The translations under genes were made by a program, and so were the position numbers. The notes under the pieces are model-generated. The model was not told the DNA's origin. It did no database searches and saw only the letters and a program-made list of their open reading frames with translations. Shown piece after piece: positions 9,316-18,228 of a stretch of DNA of 64,000 nucleotides; positions within the stretch are counted from its first letter, which is position 1, and the number at the start of each line of letters is the position of its first letter. Origin of the DNA: Pseudomonadales bacterium (GTDB lineage: Bacteria > Pseudomonadota > Gammaproteobacteria > Pseudomonadales > Azotimanducaceae); assembly GCA_963663395.1 (NCBI GenBank), contig OY760226.1, positions 3,608,325-3,672,324 on the forward strand. The letters are read 5' to 3'.

Positions 9316-10080
9316 ATGATCGACCTTCACTACTGGCCCACGCCCAACGGCTGGAAAGTCACGATAATGCTCGAAGAGTGCGGGCTGGACTACAACATCG
9401 TGCCGGTCGACATCGGCGGCGGTGACCAGTTCAGGCCGGAGTTCCTGCGCATCAGCCCCAACAACCGCATGCCGGCCATCGTCGACCACGACCCGCCCGG
9501 AGGCGGCGCGCCGGTGGCGCTGTTCGAATCCGGCGCCATCCTCGAGTACCTGGCAGACAAGACCGGCAAGTTCCTGCCTGCAGAAGGTGTCGAGCGCTAT
9601 CGCGTGCTCCAGTGGGTGCACTGGCAGATGGCGAACCTCGGCCCGATGATGGGCAACGCCAACCACTTCAAGAACTACGCGAAGAACATCACCGACGACC
9701 CGGATCAACTCGCTTACGGGACGAAACGCTTCGTCGGCGAAGTGGACCGCCTTTCGGGCGTCATGGACGCGCAGCTTTCCGTTCATCCCTGGCTGGCCGG
9801 CGCCGACTATTCCATTGCCGACATCATCACCTGGCCCTGGGCGATGCTCATGGGGCGCCTGATCGACGAGACGGTCTGGGACGACTTCCCGAACCTGAAG
9901 CGCTGGGTGGACGAGGTGGGCGCCCGGCCGGCGGTGGACAAGGGATTCCATATCGGCCGCGAGCTTTCCAAACGTGAGTTGACCGAAGAGGAAGAGAAAG
10001 CCCGGCGGGAGCTGCTCTTCAACCAGACCAACGAAAGCGTGCGCAAGGCCAGGGAAGAAGCGGCCCGAGCCACCTCCTGA
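9316..10080 (+). CDS. glutathione S-transferase (Nu/YfcG-YghU-like)
   Basis: Lies in ORF 9232..10080. ATG 9316 follows GGGAG. MIDLHYWPTPNGWKVTIMLEECGLDYNIVPVDIGGGDQFRPEFLRISPNNRMPAIVDH...ALFESGAILEYLADKTGKFLP is the classic N-terminal GST thioredoxin fold of this class. Confidence 0.88.
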   Translation: MIDLHYWPTPNGWKVTIMLEECGLDYNIVPVDIGGGDQFRPEFLRISPNNRMPAIVDHDPPGGGAPVALFESGAILEYLADKTGKFLPAEGVERYRVLQWVHWQMANLGPMMGNANHFKNYAKNITDDPDQLAYGTKRFVGEVDRLSGVMDAQLSVHPWLAGADYSIADIITWPWAMLMGRLIDETVWDDFPNLKRWVDEVGARPAVDKGFHIGRELSKRELTEEEEKARRELLFNQTNESVRKAREEAARATS

Positions 10081-10106
10081 GGTCCTCGGTCCTGTTGGCC
10101 AAGTTC

Positions 10107-10307
10107 GCTCGCATGGAACAATTCTCCAATCGCTTCTTTCGCTTCTGTAGGACAAATGCCTGCACCGGGCAGCGAGTTCGCATGCGGGGCTTCCCTTTCG
10201 GCGCATCGGCCTCTTTGTCTTGGTGTACGCAAGGCGTTCGAACGAGCTTAACGCGCCGAAAGGGAAGCCCCGCATGCGAACTCTTTTCCGAAATCCGGCG
10301 TTGTTCC
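10107..10307 (-). repeat. copy B of the ~200-bp hairpin (REP/MITE-like) element, inverted relative to copy A
   Basis: Contains an uninterrupted ~31-bp stem, GAGTTCGCATGCGGGGCTTCCCTTTCGGCGC (10174..) / GCGCCGAAAGGGAAGCCCCGCATGCGAACTC (..10283), around a ~50-nt loop. It lies between the GST and the MATE gene. Confidence 0.8.
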
Positions 10308-10427
10308 TTCCACGTCAGCGTCCCGGCAGGCCGGGTTGGAAACTTTTATGGAACAAATCTGTCAGGTCCGGCAGCGAGCCGCGTCCTCGTCCCGACGCGT
10401 CGGGTTGTAAACTCCTAGCTCTGGCCG

Positions 10428-11867
10428 GTGGCTCCCGCGTCTGAGCCGAGCGTTGGAAACACGGGAATCAAGGCCGTGAACCAAGCCTTTTCCAGGGGTT
10501 CTCAGCGCAGTTTCCTCAAGGAGACCAGGGCGCTGGTGCGCCTTGGCGCACCCATGATGGCTACCCAGTTCTGCATCATGGGCATGGGCTTCGTGGACAC
10601 CGCCATGGCGGGCCACTACGCATCGCTGGACCTGGCCGGCGTGACCCTGGCGGGCTTCCTGCTCTGGCCCGTGTTCATGCTGATGACGGGGCTGACCAAT
10701 GCGATCACGCCCATCGTCGCCCAACTCACCGGCGCCCAGCGGGTCGGCGATTCCGGGGCCATTGTCTGCCAGGGCCTCTGGGTCGCTCTTTTCACCTCGC
10801 TGATCACGATCGCGCTCCTGCACAATTCCCACCACTTTTTCGCGTTGCTGAACGCAGAGCCCGCGGTAGTCGAGGTCGCCGTCGCCTATCTCGACGCGGT
10901 TGCCTGGGGCATGCCGCCGGGCATGATCTACATCGCGCTCAGGTACACCTCCGAAGGCCTCGGGTATACGCGGCCGCCGATGACCATCGCGTTTTCCGCA
11001 CTGTGCCTGAACGCGCCGTTGAACTATGTACTGATTTACGGCGCCTGGGGCTTCCCCGAACTCGGCGGCGAGGGATGCGGCTGGGCAACCGCCGTCGTCA
11101 TGTGGTTCGAGCTGGTGCTGATGACCTCGGTGGCGCGGCGGCCGTTTTTCCGGAGGACCGGGCTGTTCGAGCGGCTCCGCTGGCCGGAAGCCGCCACCAT
11201 TGGGCGGATTCTGAAGCTCGGCCTGCCGATCGGGGCGGCGGTATTCATGGAAATGGCCGTCTACTCCGTGATCGGCTTTCTTATAGCCTCGTTCGGGATG
11301 ACTCCCCAGGCCGCCAACGGCATTGCCGGCAACATCAACTGGATGACCTATGTGCTGCCCATGAGCCTGGGTGCGGCCGCGGGAATTCGGGTCGGCTTCC
11401 ACGTCGGTGCCGGAGATGCGGATGGGGCCCGGCAAATCTCCATGACCGCCATGAAGCTGTCGCTGCTCTACGCGCTGGCGGTGAGCGTCGTACTGGTGGG
11501 CCTGCGCAGTGCGCTGGTGGGGATATACACTACCGACCCGGCCGTCATCGCCATTGCCGTCAACCTGTTGATCTTCATTGCCGTCTACCAGCTCGTCGAC
11601 GATGCCATCGCCACGATGGACGGCATCTTGCGGGGGTATAAGGACACCCGCGTTCCCATGGTTTTCGGGCTGCTGGGCTACTGGCTGGTCGCCCTGCCCC
11701 TCGGCCACGCCCTGGCGACGGGCTGGTTCGGATTCCCCGCCATCGGCGTCTACGGCTACTGGGCCGGGATGACCATCGGTATGCTGCTGGTCGCCGTGTG
11801 CCTGGGTGTGCGCCTGCGCCGCACCACCACAGACACGGTGCTCATCCGGCGCCTCGCGCTGGGCTGA
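10428..11867 (+). CDS. MATE family efflux transporter (NorM-like)
   Basis: 479 aa from GTG 10428. An alternative GTG at 10476 gives VNQAFSRGSQRSFLKETRALVRLGAPMMATQ. There are 12 predicted helices, with typical MATE blocks FVDTAMAGH and DGILRGYKDTRVPM. Confidence 0.88.
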   Translation: MAPASEPSVGNTGIKAVNQAFSRGSQRSFLKETRALVRLGAPMMATQFCIMGMGFVDTAMAGHYASLDLAGVTLAGFLLWPVFMLMTGLTNAITPIVAQLTGAQRVGDSGAIVCQGLWVALFTSLITIALLHNSHHFFALLNAEPAVVEVAVAYLDAVAWGMPPGMIYIALRYTSEGLGYTRPPMTIAFSALCLNAPLNYVLIYGAWGFPELGGEGCGWATAVVMWFELVLMTSVARRPFFRRTGLFERLRWPEAATIGRILKLGLPIGAAVFMEMAVYSVIGFLIASFGMTPQAANGIAGNINWMTYVLPMSLGAAAGIRVGFHVGAGDADGARQISMTAMKLSLLYALAVSVVLVGLRSALVGIYTTDPAVIAIAVNLLIFIAVYQLVDDAIATMDGILRGYKDTRVPMVFGLLGYWLVALPLGHALATGWFGFPAIGVYGYWAGMTIGMLLVAVCLGVRLRRTTTDTVLIRRLALG

Positions 11868-11883
11868 CGGCTGCCTGGACGCC

Positions 11884-12780
11884 ATGGAAAACGGTACCGA
11901 CGAAATCTGGATCGAACTGCGCCGCGCCCGCGACCGGCGTGTGCTGGCCGATGCGCAACTGGTGCTCGAAGCCCTGCGTATTCCCCACCGGATGGAACAT
12001 CACAACCGGATGTGGCGCCTGGAGGTGCCTGTGGAACAGGAGTTGACAGCGCGAGCCGAACTCGACAGGTACGACGCGGAAAACCGGCAGCTTCCGCCCT
12101 ATCGCCCGAAGGTGCATCGGTTCGACAGCGGCTGGGCCGGCGTGCTGGGCTACCTGGTCGTCATCTGGATGCTGCCGAACCTGGAAGGCTCGGCCATCTT
12201 CGGCTGGGACTGGCGCGAGTCCGGCGTCATGAACGCGGAACTGGTGCGGGAGGGGCAATGGTGGCGAACAGTCACCGCCCTGACGCTGCACGCCGACCTC
12301 GGCCACATCGCCGGAAACTCCTTCTTCGGCGCCCTGTTCGGGATCTTTCTCGGGCGGTACCTGGGCTCGGGTCTGGGCTGGCTGCTGGTGGTAGTGGGCG
12401 CTTCGCTGGCCAACCTGGCCAACGCCTGGCTGCAGACGCCGCCCTTCGTCTCCCTGGGCGCTTCCACCGCCACCTTCGCCGTCCTGGGCCTGACCGGCAC
12501 CTTCGTGTGGCGGCGCGGTTACCTGCGCGGCCGCAACTGGCGGCAGAGTTTCGCGCCGCTGTTCGCCGCGATCGCGCTGCTGGTTTATACCGGCGTCGGC
12601 GGCGTGCGCACGGACATCATGGCCCACTTCCTGGGATTCGCCGCGGGCGCCGTGGGCGGCGTACTCGCGGCGACCTACGACATCAGGCGGCTGGGCACGA
12701 GCGGACAGTGGATCGCCGGCGCGTTGACCCTCTGGATAATCGCCTATGCCTGGCTGCAGGCAAGTACCCATGCGGCCTGA
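11884..12780 (+). CDS. rhomboid family intramembrane serine protease
   Basis: Lies in ORF 11806..12780, start ATG 11884 (MENGTDEIW). Rhomboid motifs: WWRTVTALTLHADLGHIAGNSFF (HxxxN), GASTATFAVLG (GxSx catalytic Ser) and IMAHFLGFAAGAVGG (catalytic His). Confidence 0.85.
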   Translation: MENGTDEIWIELRRARDRRVLADAQLVLEALRIPHRMEHHNRMWRLEVPVEQELTARAELDRYDAENRQLPPYRPKVHRFDSGWAGVLGYLVVIWMLPNLEGSAIFGWDWRESGVMNAELVREGQWWRTVTALTLHADLGHIAGNSFFGALFGIFLGRYLGSGLGWLLVVVGASLANLANAWLQTPPFVSLGASTATFAVLGLTGTFVWRRGYLRGRNWRQSFAPLFAAIALLVYTGVGGVRTDIMAHFLGFAAGAVGGVLAATYDIRRLGTSGQWIAGALTLWIIAYAWLQASTHAA

Positions 12781-12784
12781 CCCC

Positions 12785-13474
12785 GTGTTCGGATCGCTTC
12801 AATCGATTCCGTGCAGGTCACGAGCCCTGCGGCAACGCGGCTTCAAGAGCGTCGCCGTTGCCCTCGCATTACTTTGGAGCCAACTGTCGTTCAGCCACGG
12901 TGGCGTGGTCGCCGAGGAAGACCTGTGCCTGATGAAGATGGGCTTTCTGCAGGCCCACTTCACGCTGTACCTGCCCGACACCCATGGATCCGAGGAATTC
13001 TGCGAACGGGTGCCCGACACCGGCAGGGCGCTGTTCGTCGTGGAGTACCTGCACGAAATGATGAAGGAGATGCCCATCGAATTCCGCATCGTCAGGGACG
13101 AGCAGGGCTTCGGCATCTTCGCCAACCGGGACGATGTGATTTCCATTCCCGACCTGGATGCGCAGACGGTCTTCCACCGCCCGCTGGCGGCCGAACCCAC
13201 CGGCTGGGTCACTGTCAGCCACTCCTTCGACGACCCGGGCGGCTACATCGGGGTGGTGGTGGCGGAGAACCCCGCCAACGGCAAGGTCTACAACTCTGTC
13301 TTCTACTTCGAGGTGGGCAACGCGGGCTACGGCTACATCCCGCTGTTCATTGCCCTGATTGTCGGCGCGCAACTCCTCTTCTTCGCGAGTACCGGCAGCC
13401 TGCAACGCTGCATCCGGTGGATTCGCAACAGGTACCGCAAGCAACAGCTCGCAACCCGGACCGATAGAGACTGA
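12785..13474 (+). CDS. hypothetical single-pass membrane protein (signal peptide plus C-terminal TM helix)
   Basis: Lies in ORF 12746..13474. Candidate starts are GTG 12785, ATG 12770 and ATG 12746. The N-terminus is RQRGFKSVAVALALLWSQLSFSHG. The C-terminal TM helix YIPLFIALIVGAQLLFFAS is followed by the basic tail RWIRNRYRKQQ. GC3-rich. I recognise no family. Confidence 0.55.
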   Translation: MFGSLQSIPCRSRALRQRGFKSVAVALALLWSQLSFSHGGVVAEEDLCLMKMGFLQAHFTLYLPDTHGSEEFCERVPDTGRALFVVEYLHEMMKEMPIEFRIVRDEQGFGIFANRDDVISIPDLDAQTVFHRPLAAEPTGWVTVSHSFDDPGGYIGVVVAENPANGKVYNSVFYFEVGNAGYGYIPLFIALIVGAQLLFFASTGSLQRCIRWIRNRYRKQQLATRTDRD

Positions 13475-13556
13475 ATTCCCAAACCCGTCTCTCGAAATCG
13501 TCAGGCGATGCGCTATCCTGCGTGTCCAACCAGGGCGACCAAAACAGGCAATCCCG

Positions 13557-13895
13557 ATGACCATCCCACTGAGCAACCTGACGACGACCCACTCGATGCC
13601 CGGCCGGGAGATTCAGGAAACACTCGGCATCGTCACCGCCGAGTGCGTGCTGGGCATCAACGTATTTCGCGACATGCTCGGCGGTCTGCGGGACATCTTC
13701 GGAGGCCGCAGCGGCACCCACCAGAAGGCGCTCAGGCAAGCACGCCAGACCTGCCTCGAGGAACTCGCAGCGCACGCCGAAGAACTCGGTGGCGACGCGG
13801 TGATCGGAGTGGATCTCGATTTCAGCGAGATCAGCGGTGGGGGCAAGGGCATGGTATTCCTGGTCGCCTCGGGGACGGCTGTACGCCTTCGGTGA
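13557..13895 (+). CDS. YbjQ family (UPF0145) protein
   Basis: Lies in ORF 13359..13895, start ATG 13557. MTIPLSNLTTTHSMPGREIQETLGIVTAECVLGINVFRDMLGGLRDIFGGRSG...DAVIGVDLDFSEI...MVFLVASGTAVRL is the canonical YbjQ pattern. Confidence 0.85.
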   Translation: MTIPLSNLTTTHSMPGREIQETLGIVTAECVLGINVFRDMLGGLRDIFGGRSGTHQKALRQARQTCLEELAAHAEELGGDAVIGVDLDFSEISGGGKGMVFLVASGTAVRLR

Positions 13896-14471
13896 CGGCA
13901 GCATCCAAACCCCTGTCCGCCGGATATTCACGGTACGCCCTGCTGCTGCTGACGGTCGTCTTCCTGGTACACAACCTCGACCGGCAGATCATGTCCATCC
14001 TGCTGGTACCGATCCAGAACGAACTGGGGGCCAGCGACACCGCAATGGGCTTCCTGACGGGATTCGCCTTCGCGGCGGTGTACGTCTCGTTCGGCATTCC
14101 CATGGCCCACCTGTGCGACCGCGGCAACCGCCGCAATATCCTGAGTATCGTCATTGCCGTCTGGAGCGGCTTCCGCGCCTGCCGTGGCTACCGTGACCCA
14201 GGGCATCGTCCGGCCCGAGATGCGCTCCATGAGCTATACGACGCAGTACATGGTGACCAGTCTGTTGGGTATGGGCGGCGGCCCGTTCCTGGTCGGGCTG
14301 ACCAATGACCTGCTGGCCCCCCAGTTCGGGGAGTTGTCCATTCGCTACTCCATGCTGGGCGTCATCGGTACCACGGCGCTCGTTTGCGGCTTGACGTTCT
14401 GCTGGGCAAGTCGCAGTGTCGGGGGCGACATGGCGTTGGCGGAAACCGCCATGGACCGCGGCAAAGACTGA
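13892..14471 (+). pseudogene. MFS transporter remnant: N-terminal ~95 aa and C-terminal ~100 aa joined out of frame, with the central ~250 aa deleted
   Basis: The N part is in the frame of ORF 13508..14308, from GTG 13892: YALLLLTVVFLVHNLDRQIMSILLVPIQNELGASDTAMGFLTGFAFAAVY...IAVWSGF. The C part is ORF 14154..14471: VATVTQGIVRPEMRSMS...LVGLTNDLLAPQFGELSIRYSMLGVIG. Both align with the two ends of the intact paralogue at 36827..38140 (VDRQIITIVLDPIKAEFGASDTAMGLLTG... / AIAQTLSPLRMRAMA...IGAVNDFLQPQFGLEAVRYSLGLV). The junction is near 14170-14185. Confidence 0.8.
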
Positions 14472-14537
14472 TCCTGCCGCCGCCCGCGGAACGCCGACCC
14501 TGGCTGGCAAGAGAATGCACCCGGCGGATCATTCCGG

Positions 14538-15914
14538 CTACGGCAGCAGCGCGGAAGCTTCCCTCACGTCCTGAACGACATCCAGGCGCAACAGCGAGTC
14601 GATCAACCGGTCGATCTGTTGTTCCGGTATCGGGTGCCTGGCGTATTGCAGGCAATCCTTGAATTTCGCAATGACGTCTTCCTCGGACATCGGGTTGTTC
14701 GGGTGCCCGAAAACGATGTTGAGTCGATCGGAGAAAGCCTGTCCGTCCTTCGTCTGGACTTCAACGATGGCCGGTGTGATCTCGGCAGCGGGGCCAAGGT
14801 CGTCACTGACCCGATATTGCACGCGGCGAATGGCGGCCAGCACATCGCGACTCCGCAGATTCGCCGGGAGAAAATCCGCGATCCGGGGCGTTTTGATTAC
14901 GCCAACGGCAACCGTAAAGAAGAGCGAAAATTTTGCTTGAATGCTCATGGTCGGCGCCCTCTTTTCAACCTCGGGTTCGCAGAACAGGTCTCGCGTTCCC
15001 TCAGAGACGACCAGCGTGATCTGCCTGATGTTCGCCGGCACGATGCTGTTCTGAGCGAGAATCCTGCGGGTTGCCTCCACGTAGCCGTGGGTCAGGCGGC
15101 AACAGGGCCAGGGCTTTAGGCTGACCCCGGCGTGGCGGTACTCCTCCCCCAATCCCGACAGCAGCCGTTCCGCATCAAAGCGGTTGTCGTAGTAGTTTTC
15201 AAAAAAAAGCTCAATCCCGTTGCGGCATGCCTTGACGCCACTCCCGGCCAACAACGCGCACAACACCCCCTCCTTGTTGATGAAACCGTCCCGAATCGCC
15301 CGCAACTCCGACTCCGGCGCCGCGACGGCATCGAGTTGTCCGTGACAGCGGTGCAATGCAAGGCCGAGCGCATTGATCAACTGGCCTTCGCTCAGGCGCA
15401 GCAGCTTGCCGGCGGCAGCGGTCGCGGAGAAGACCCCGAAATTGCTGATCGGAAACCAGCGGTGATCGACGCCGAGCTTGCCGGTGGGGGATGCGGACAG
15501 GCGCGCGCCCAGATCACTGCCGAGGGCAACCGCGGTGATAAACTCCCTGCCGCTCACGTTGCCCAGGCGCTCGGCAACGGCGAGCGCCGCTGGAACGGTT
15601 TGTGCCGACGGATGATGACCCAGGTCGTCGATTGTGTCGTCGTAGTCCAGGACGTGGGCGAAGGAGCCGTTGAGATAGGCAGCCATGATGGCGGAGCCTT
15701 TCTTACCCAGCCCGATCATCGTCGACTGGCCCGGGCCGCTCTCTTGCGTCACGATTTCCGCCAGGCGTTCGCAGGTCGGGTCCAGGCTGGAGGGCGGCAC
15801 CATGACGCCGAGCGTGTCCAGAATGCTGAGCCTCGTTTTTTCCCGAACGTCGACCGGGATGCTGTCGTAATCGGTCGCAGCAATGGAACGCGCTATCGTC
15901 TCAGTCAGATGCAA
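14538..15914 (-). CDS. MmgE/PrpD family protein (2-methylcitrate dehydratase-like fold)
   Basis: 458 aa. Motifs: DSIPVDVREKTRLSILDTLGVM, AAYLNGSFAHVLDYDDT and HPSAQTVPAALAVAE. The start overlaps the stop of the upstream CoA-transferase by 10 nt. Confidence 0.88.
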   Translation of the reverse strand: MHLTETIARSIAATDYDSIPVDVREKTRLSILDTLGVMVPPSSLDPTCERLAEIVTQESGPGQSTMIGLGKKGSAIMAAYLNGSFAHVLDYDDTIDDLGHHPSAQTVPAALAVAERLGNVSGREFITAVALGSDLGARLSASPTGKLGVDHRWFPISNFGVFSATAAAGKLLRLSEGQLINALGLALHRCHGQLDAVAAPESELRAIRDGFINKEGVLCALLAGSGVKACRNGIELFFENYYDNRFDAERLLSGLGEEYRHAGVSLKPWPCCRLTHGYVEATRRILAQNSIVPANIRQITLVVSEGTRDLFCEPEVEKRAPTMSIQAKFSLFFTVAVGVIKTPRIADFLPANLRSRDVLAAIRRVQYRVSDDLGPAAEITPAIVEVQTKDGQAFSDRLNIVFGHPNNPMSEEDVIAKFKDCLQYARHPIPEQQIDRLIDSLLRLDVVQDVREASALLP

Positions 15915-18217
15915 CTGTCATCCCCCTCAGTCTTGCGCCAGACTTCCGCGACCGCCGCTGAGTCAATTTCGTACTCACCTGGCGGCGTACCGTCGCGCCG
16001 TCGTGTACCGCGCCAATCGGTAAAACCGCCGATGAGGCGCAGCCGCCCCACGCTGGCCGAGTGGACCACCTTCGTGTAACGCTGTTCACAAAGAAACGGG
16101 TCGTCGAACTCCACGCGTTCAAGTACCTGACAGGCCGGAACACCCCCCGCGGCCAGCGCGATAACCCAATCCTCTACCGTCCTGCCCGACACAACCTGAG
16201 CCATCGCCGCCGCAAGCGCCGCATCACCGGCGCCGGCAAGGTCGGCCAGCCCCAGGATGTCGAGTAACGTCTCGCGCTGCTCCCGGGTACGCGCCGATAT
16301 CGCCATCCACCGGTCTTGCGCGCGATAGTAGCGCCGGCAAGCATCGGGGCCGGGATGATCCATGCCGCCGAGAGCCCGCCCCGGACGGCCCGGATACCTG
16401 GTCAGCTCACCGCTTTGCAGCAACGTCGAAACTGCCGCGAGCGAGGTGAATACGCGTTGCGCAACACCTCTGGTCTCGCGTACGTAAAGCGCCGCCAGGG
16501 TCCCGAGGGCGCCGACGGCGCCAGTAGTGACATCGTGTACCGGAGCGCCGGCCGTAATCGGCCGACCCTCCCCGCCCTGCACCGAGGCAAGCCCGCTGAG
16601 GGTCTGCAGCAGCGGATCGAATCCCGGAAACTCGGCCCACGCCCCCGTCTGCCCGAACGCGGTGACCGAGCAACGAATGAGATTCGCGTTTGCGCGCGCG
16701 TACACTACGGGCTGCAACCGAAGACGTGCGAGACTGGCAGGGAGCAGGTTGTCAACGGCCGCATCGGCGCGCGCGATCAGCTCGAGAAATACTTCCCGTT
16801 CACCGGCATCGCGAAGGTTGAGCCTGACCGCTTTCTTGTGTTCGTTGACGATGGCGTATGGGGCGGTAAACACGCTGTACGGGTCTCCCGCGGGGCTCTC
16901 CACCTTGATGACTTCCGCACCGTGAGTGCCCAACAGGCTCGACACGAATGGCCCGGCAAGAAACGTCGAAGAATCGACCACTTTCAGGCCCGTGAGCGGC
17001 AGAACCCCTGGCTCCGGCCGCTTTCCCCCGGGTTTGGGGGGCGCCGCGCCCTTCCACAGGTCACGCATGTCGGCGAGGTCTCCCGGCACGGGAACCGGGC
17101 CCGCCCGTTCCGGGGTCTGCTCCATGTCCACGGCAACTCCCGGCATGACAAGCTCGCCCACCAATGCGTGCGCCACCCGTACCGGCGGACAGGCACCCGC
17201 GATCACCTCGCCTTCCAGCCAGGCATCGGGAGCCAGGACCGGCGCCGCGGGCACATCGGCTGCCCGAAACGCCTCCAGCCAATGCGCTGCCGTTCGCGAC
17301 CTGAAGACGGGTTCCAACTCGGCGGCCACCCGGCTCGCGATCTCCGGGCGCATGATGTTCGTGAAGTCGCCGGCCACATCTTCCCGGGCCATCACATCCA
17401 CCCGGTCGAGCACATCGAGCGCCCGGAAGAACAGCTCCGGAGACAGCGCGCCGAGAAATATCCAGCGCTCGTTACTACATTGATACAGGCGGAACTGGCA
17501 CCCTCCGCCGATCAGCTTGCCGGAGGAAACGATGGGCGGGCCGTCGATGGAAGCGGTCATGAGCGTGCACAGCGCCGCCCCTGCGGCCTGCAGGCCGGTG
17601 ACCACGGCAGAGCGCCCCCAGCCATCGCGGGCTCTCGCGAACAGCCCGGCCGCCGCGGCCGACGCTGCCATGGCGCCGTGCAGGTGCAGGCGTGTCGGTA
17701 CCACGGATGCCACCGGCCGCTCCTCGGTGGCGGGGTGATGGGCGGCGAATCCGGAGACCGCATCGAGCAACAATTCATCGTGCGGCAGGTGGCTCCAGCG
17801 GCCGCCCGCCGAGATGGGTGGCATCCATACGTGCACGAGCGCCGGGGCCGCCGTTGCCAATGTTGCGGCATCCAGGCCGTTGCGCTCGAGACACCCCGGA
17901 TGCGTGTCTGCCAGCAGGACGTCCGCGCGCTCCGCCAAGCGGCGTAGTTCAAGGGCATGCTGGGATGGGTCGTCCAATGGGCCGAACAGCACCTTGCCCC
18001 GATTCCAGCAAAGAAATCCCGGCATCGCTTCATCACCGATGCGAGGGGTGCCCCCTCGCGCTCCCCGGCTGAGGGCTCCATCGAGCGGTTGTGCCGATAC
18101 CGGCCTGACGACCTCGGCTCCCAGATCGGCGAGCAGCATGCCTGCGGTCTGTCCGGCGATGCCGGTGCTGAGTTCCAGTACGCGAATGCCGGTCAGGGGC
18201 GGCGGTGCCGTTTTCAT
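15905..18217 (-). CDS. tandem-domain (fused) family III CoA-transferase (CaiB/BaiF/MCR family), 770 aa
   Basis: Lies in ORF 15905..18550; I place the start at ATG 18217 (MKTAPPPLTGIRVLELSTGIAGQTAGMLLADLGAEVV). A second complete domain begins at LPLTGLKVVDSSTFLAGPFVSSLLGTHGAEVIKVE and contains GFDPLLQTLSGLASV...PVHDVTTGAVGALGTLAAL. Confidence 0.85.
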   Translation of the reverse strand: MKTAPPPLTGIRVLELSTGIAGQTAGMLLADLGAEVVRPVSAQPLDGALSRGARGGTPRIGDEAMPGFLCWNRGKVLFGPLDDPSQHALELRRLAERADVLLADTHPGCLERNGLDAATLATAAPALVHVWMPPISAGGRWSHLPHDELLLDAVSGFAAHHPATEERPVASVVPTRLHLHGAMAASAAAAGLFARARDGWGRSAVVTGLQAAGAALCTLMTASIDGPPIVSSGKLIGGGCQFRLYQCSNERWIFLGALSPELFFRALDVLDRVDVMAREDVAGDFTNIMRPEIASRVAAELEPVFRSRTAAHWLEAFRAADVPAAPVLAPDAWLEGEVIAGACPPVRVAHALVGELVMPGVAVDMEQTPERAGPVPVPGDLADMRDLWKGAAPPKPGGKRPEPGVLPLTGLKVVDSSTFLAGPFVSSLLGTHGAEVIKVESPAGDPYSVFTAPYAIVNEHKKAVRLNLRDAGEREVFLELIARADAAVDNLLPASLARLRLQPVVYARANANLIRCSVTAFGQTGAWAEFPGFDPLLQTLSGLASVQGGEGRPITAGAPVHDVTTGAVGALGTLAALYVRETRGVAQRVFTSLAAVSTLLQSGELTRYPGRPGRALGGMDHPGPDACRRYYRAQDRWMAISARTREQRETLLDILGLADLAGAGDAALAAAMAQVVSGRTVEDWVIALAAGGVPACQVLERVEFDDPFLCEQRYTKVVHSASVGRLRLIGGFTDWRGTRRRDGTPPGEYEIDSAAVAEVWRKTEGDDSCI

Positions 18218-18228
18218 GGCATGCGAGT

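Noticed and set aside
15195-15215. An A8/T8 homopolymer inside the MmgE/PrpD coding sequence, considered as a slippage or phase-variation site.
   Set aside because: The reading frame is intact through it (it encodes ...ELFFENYY...). A single 8-mer encoding Phe-Phe is not evidence of phase variation.
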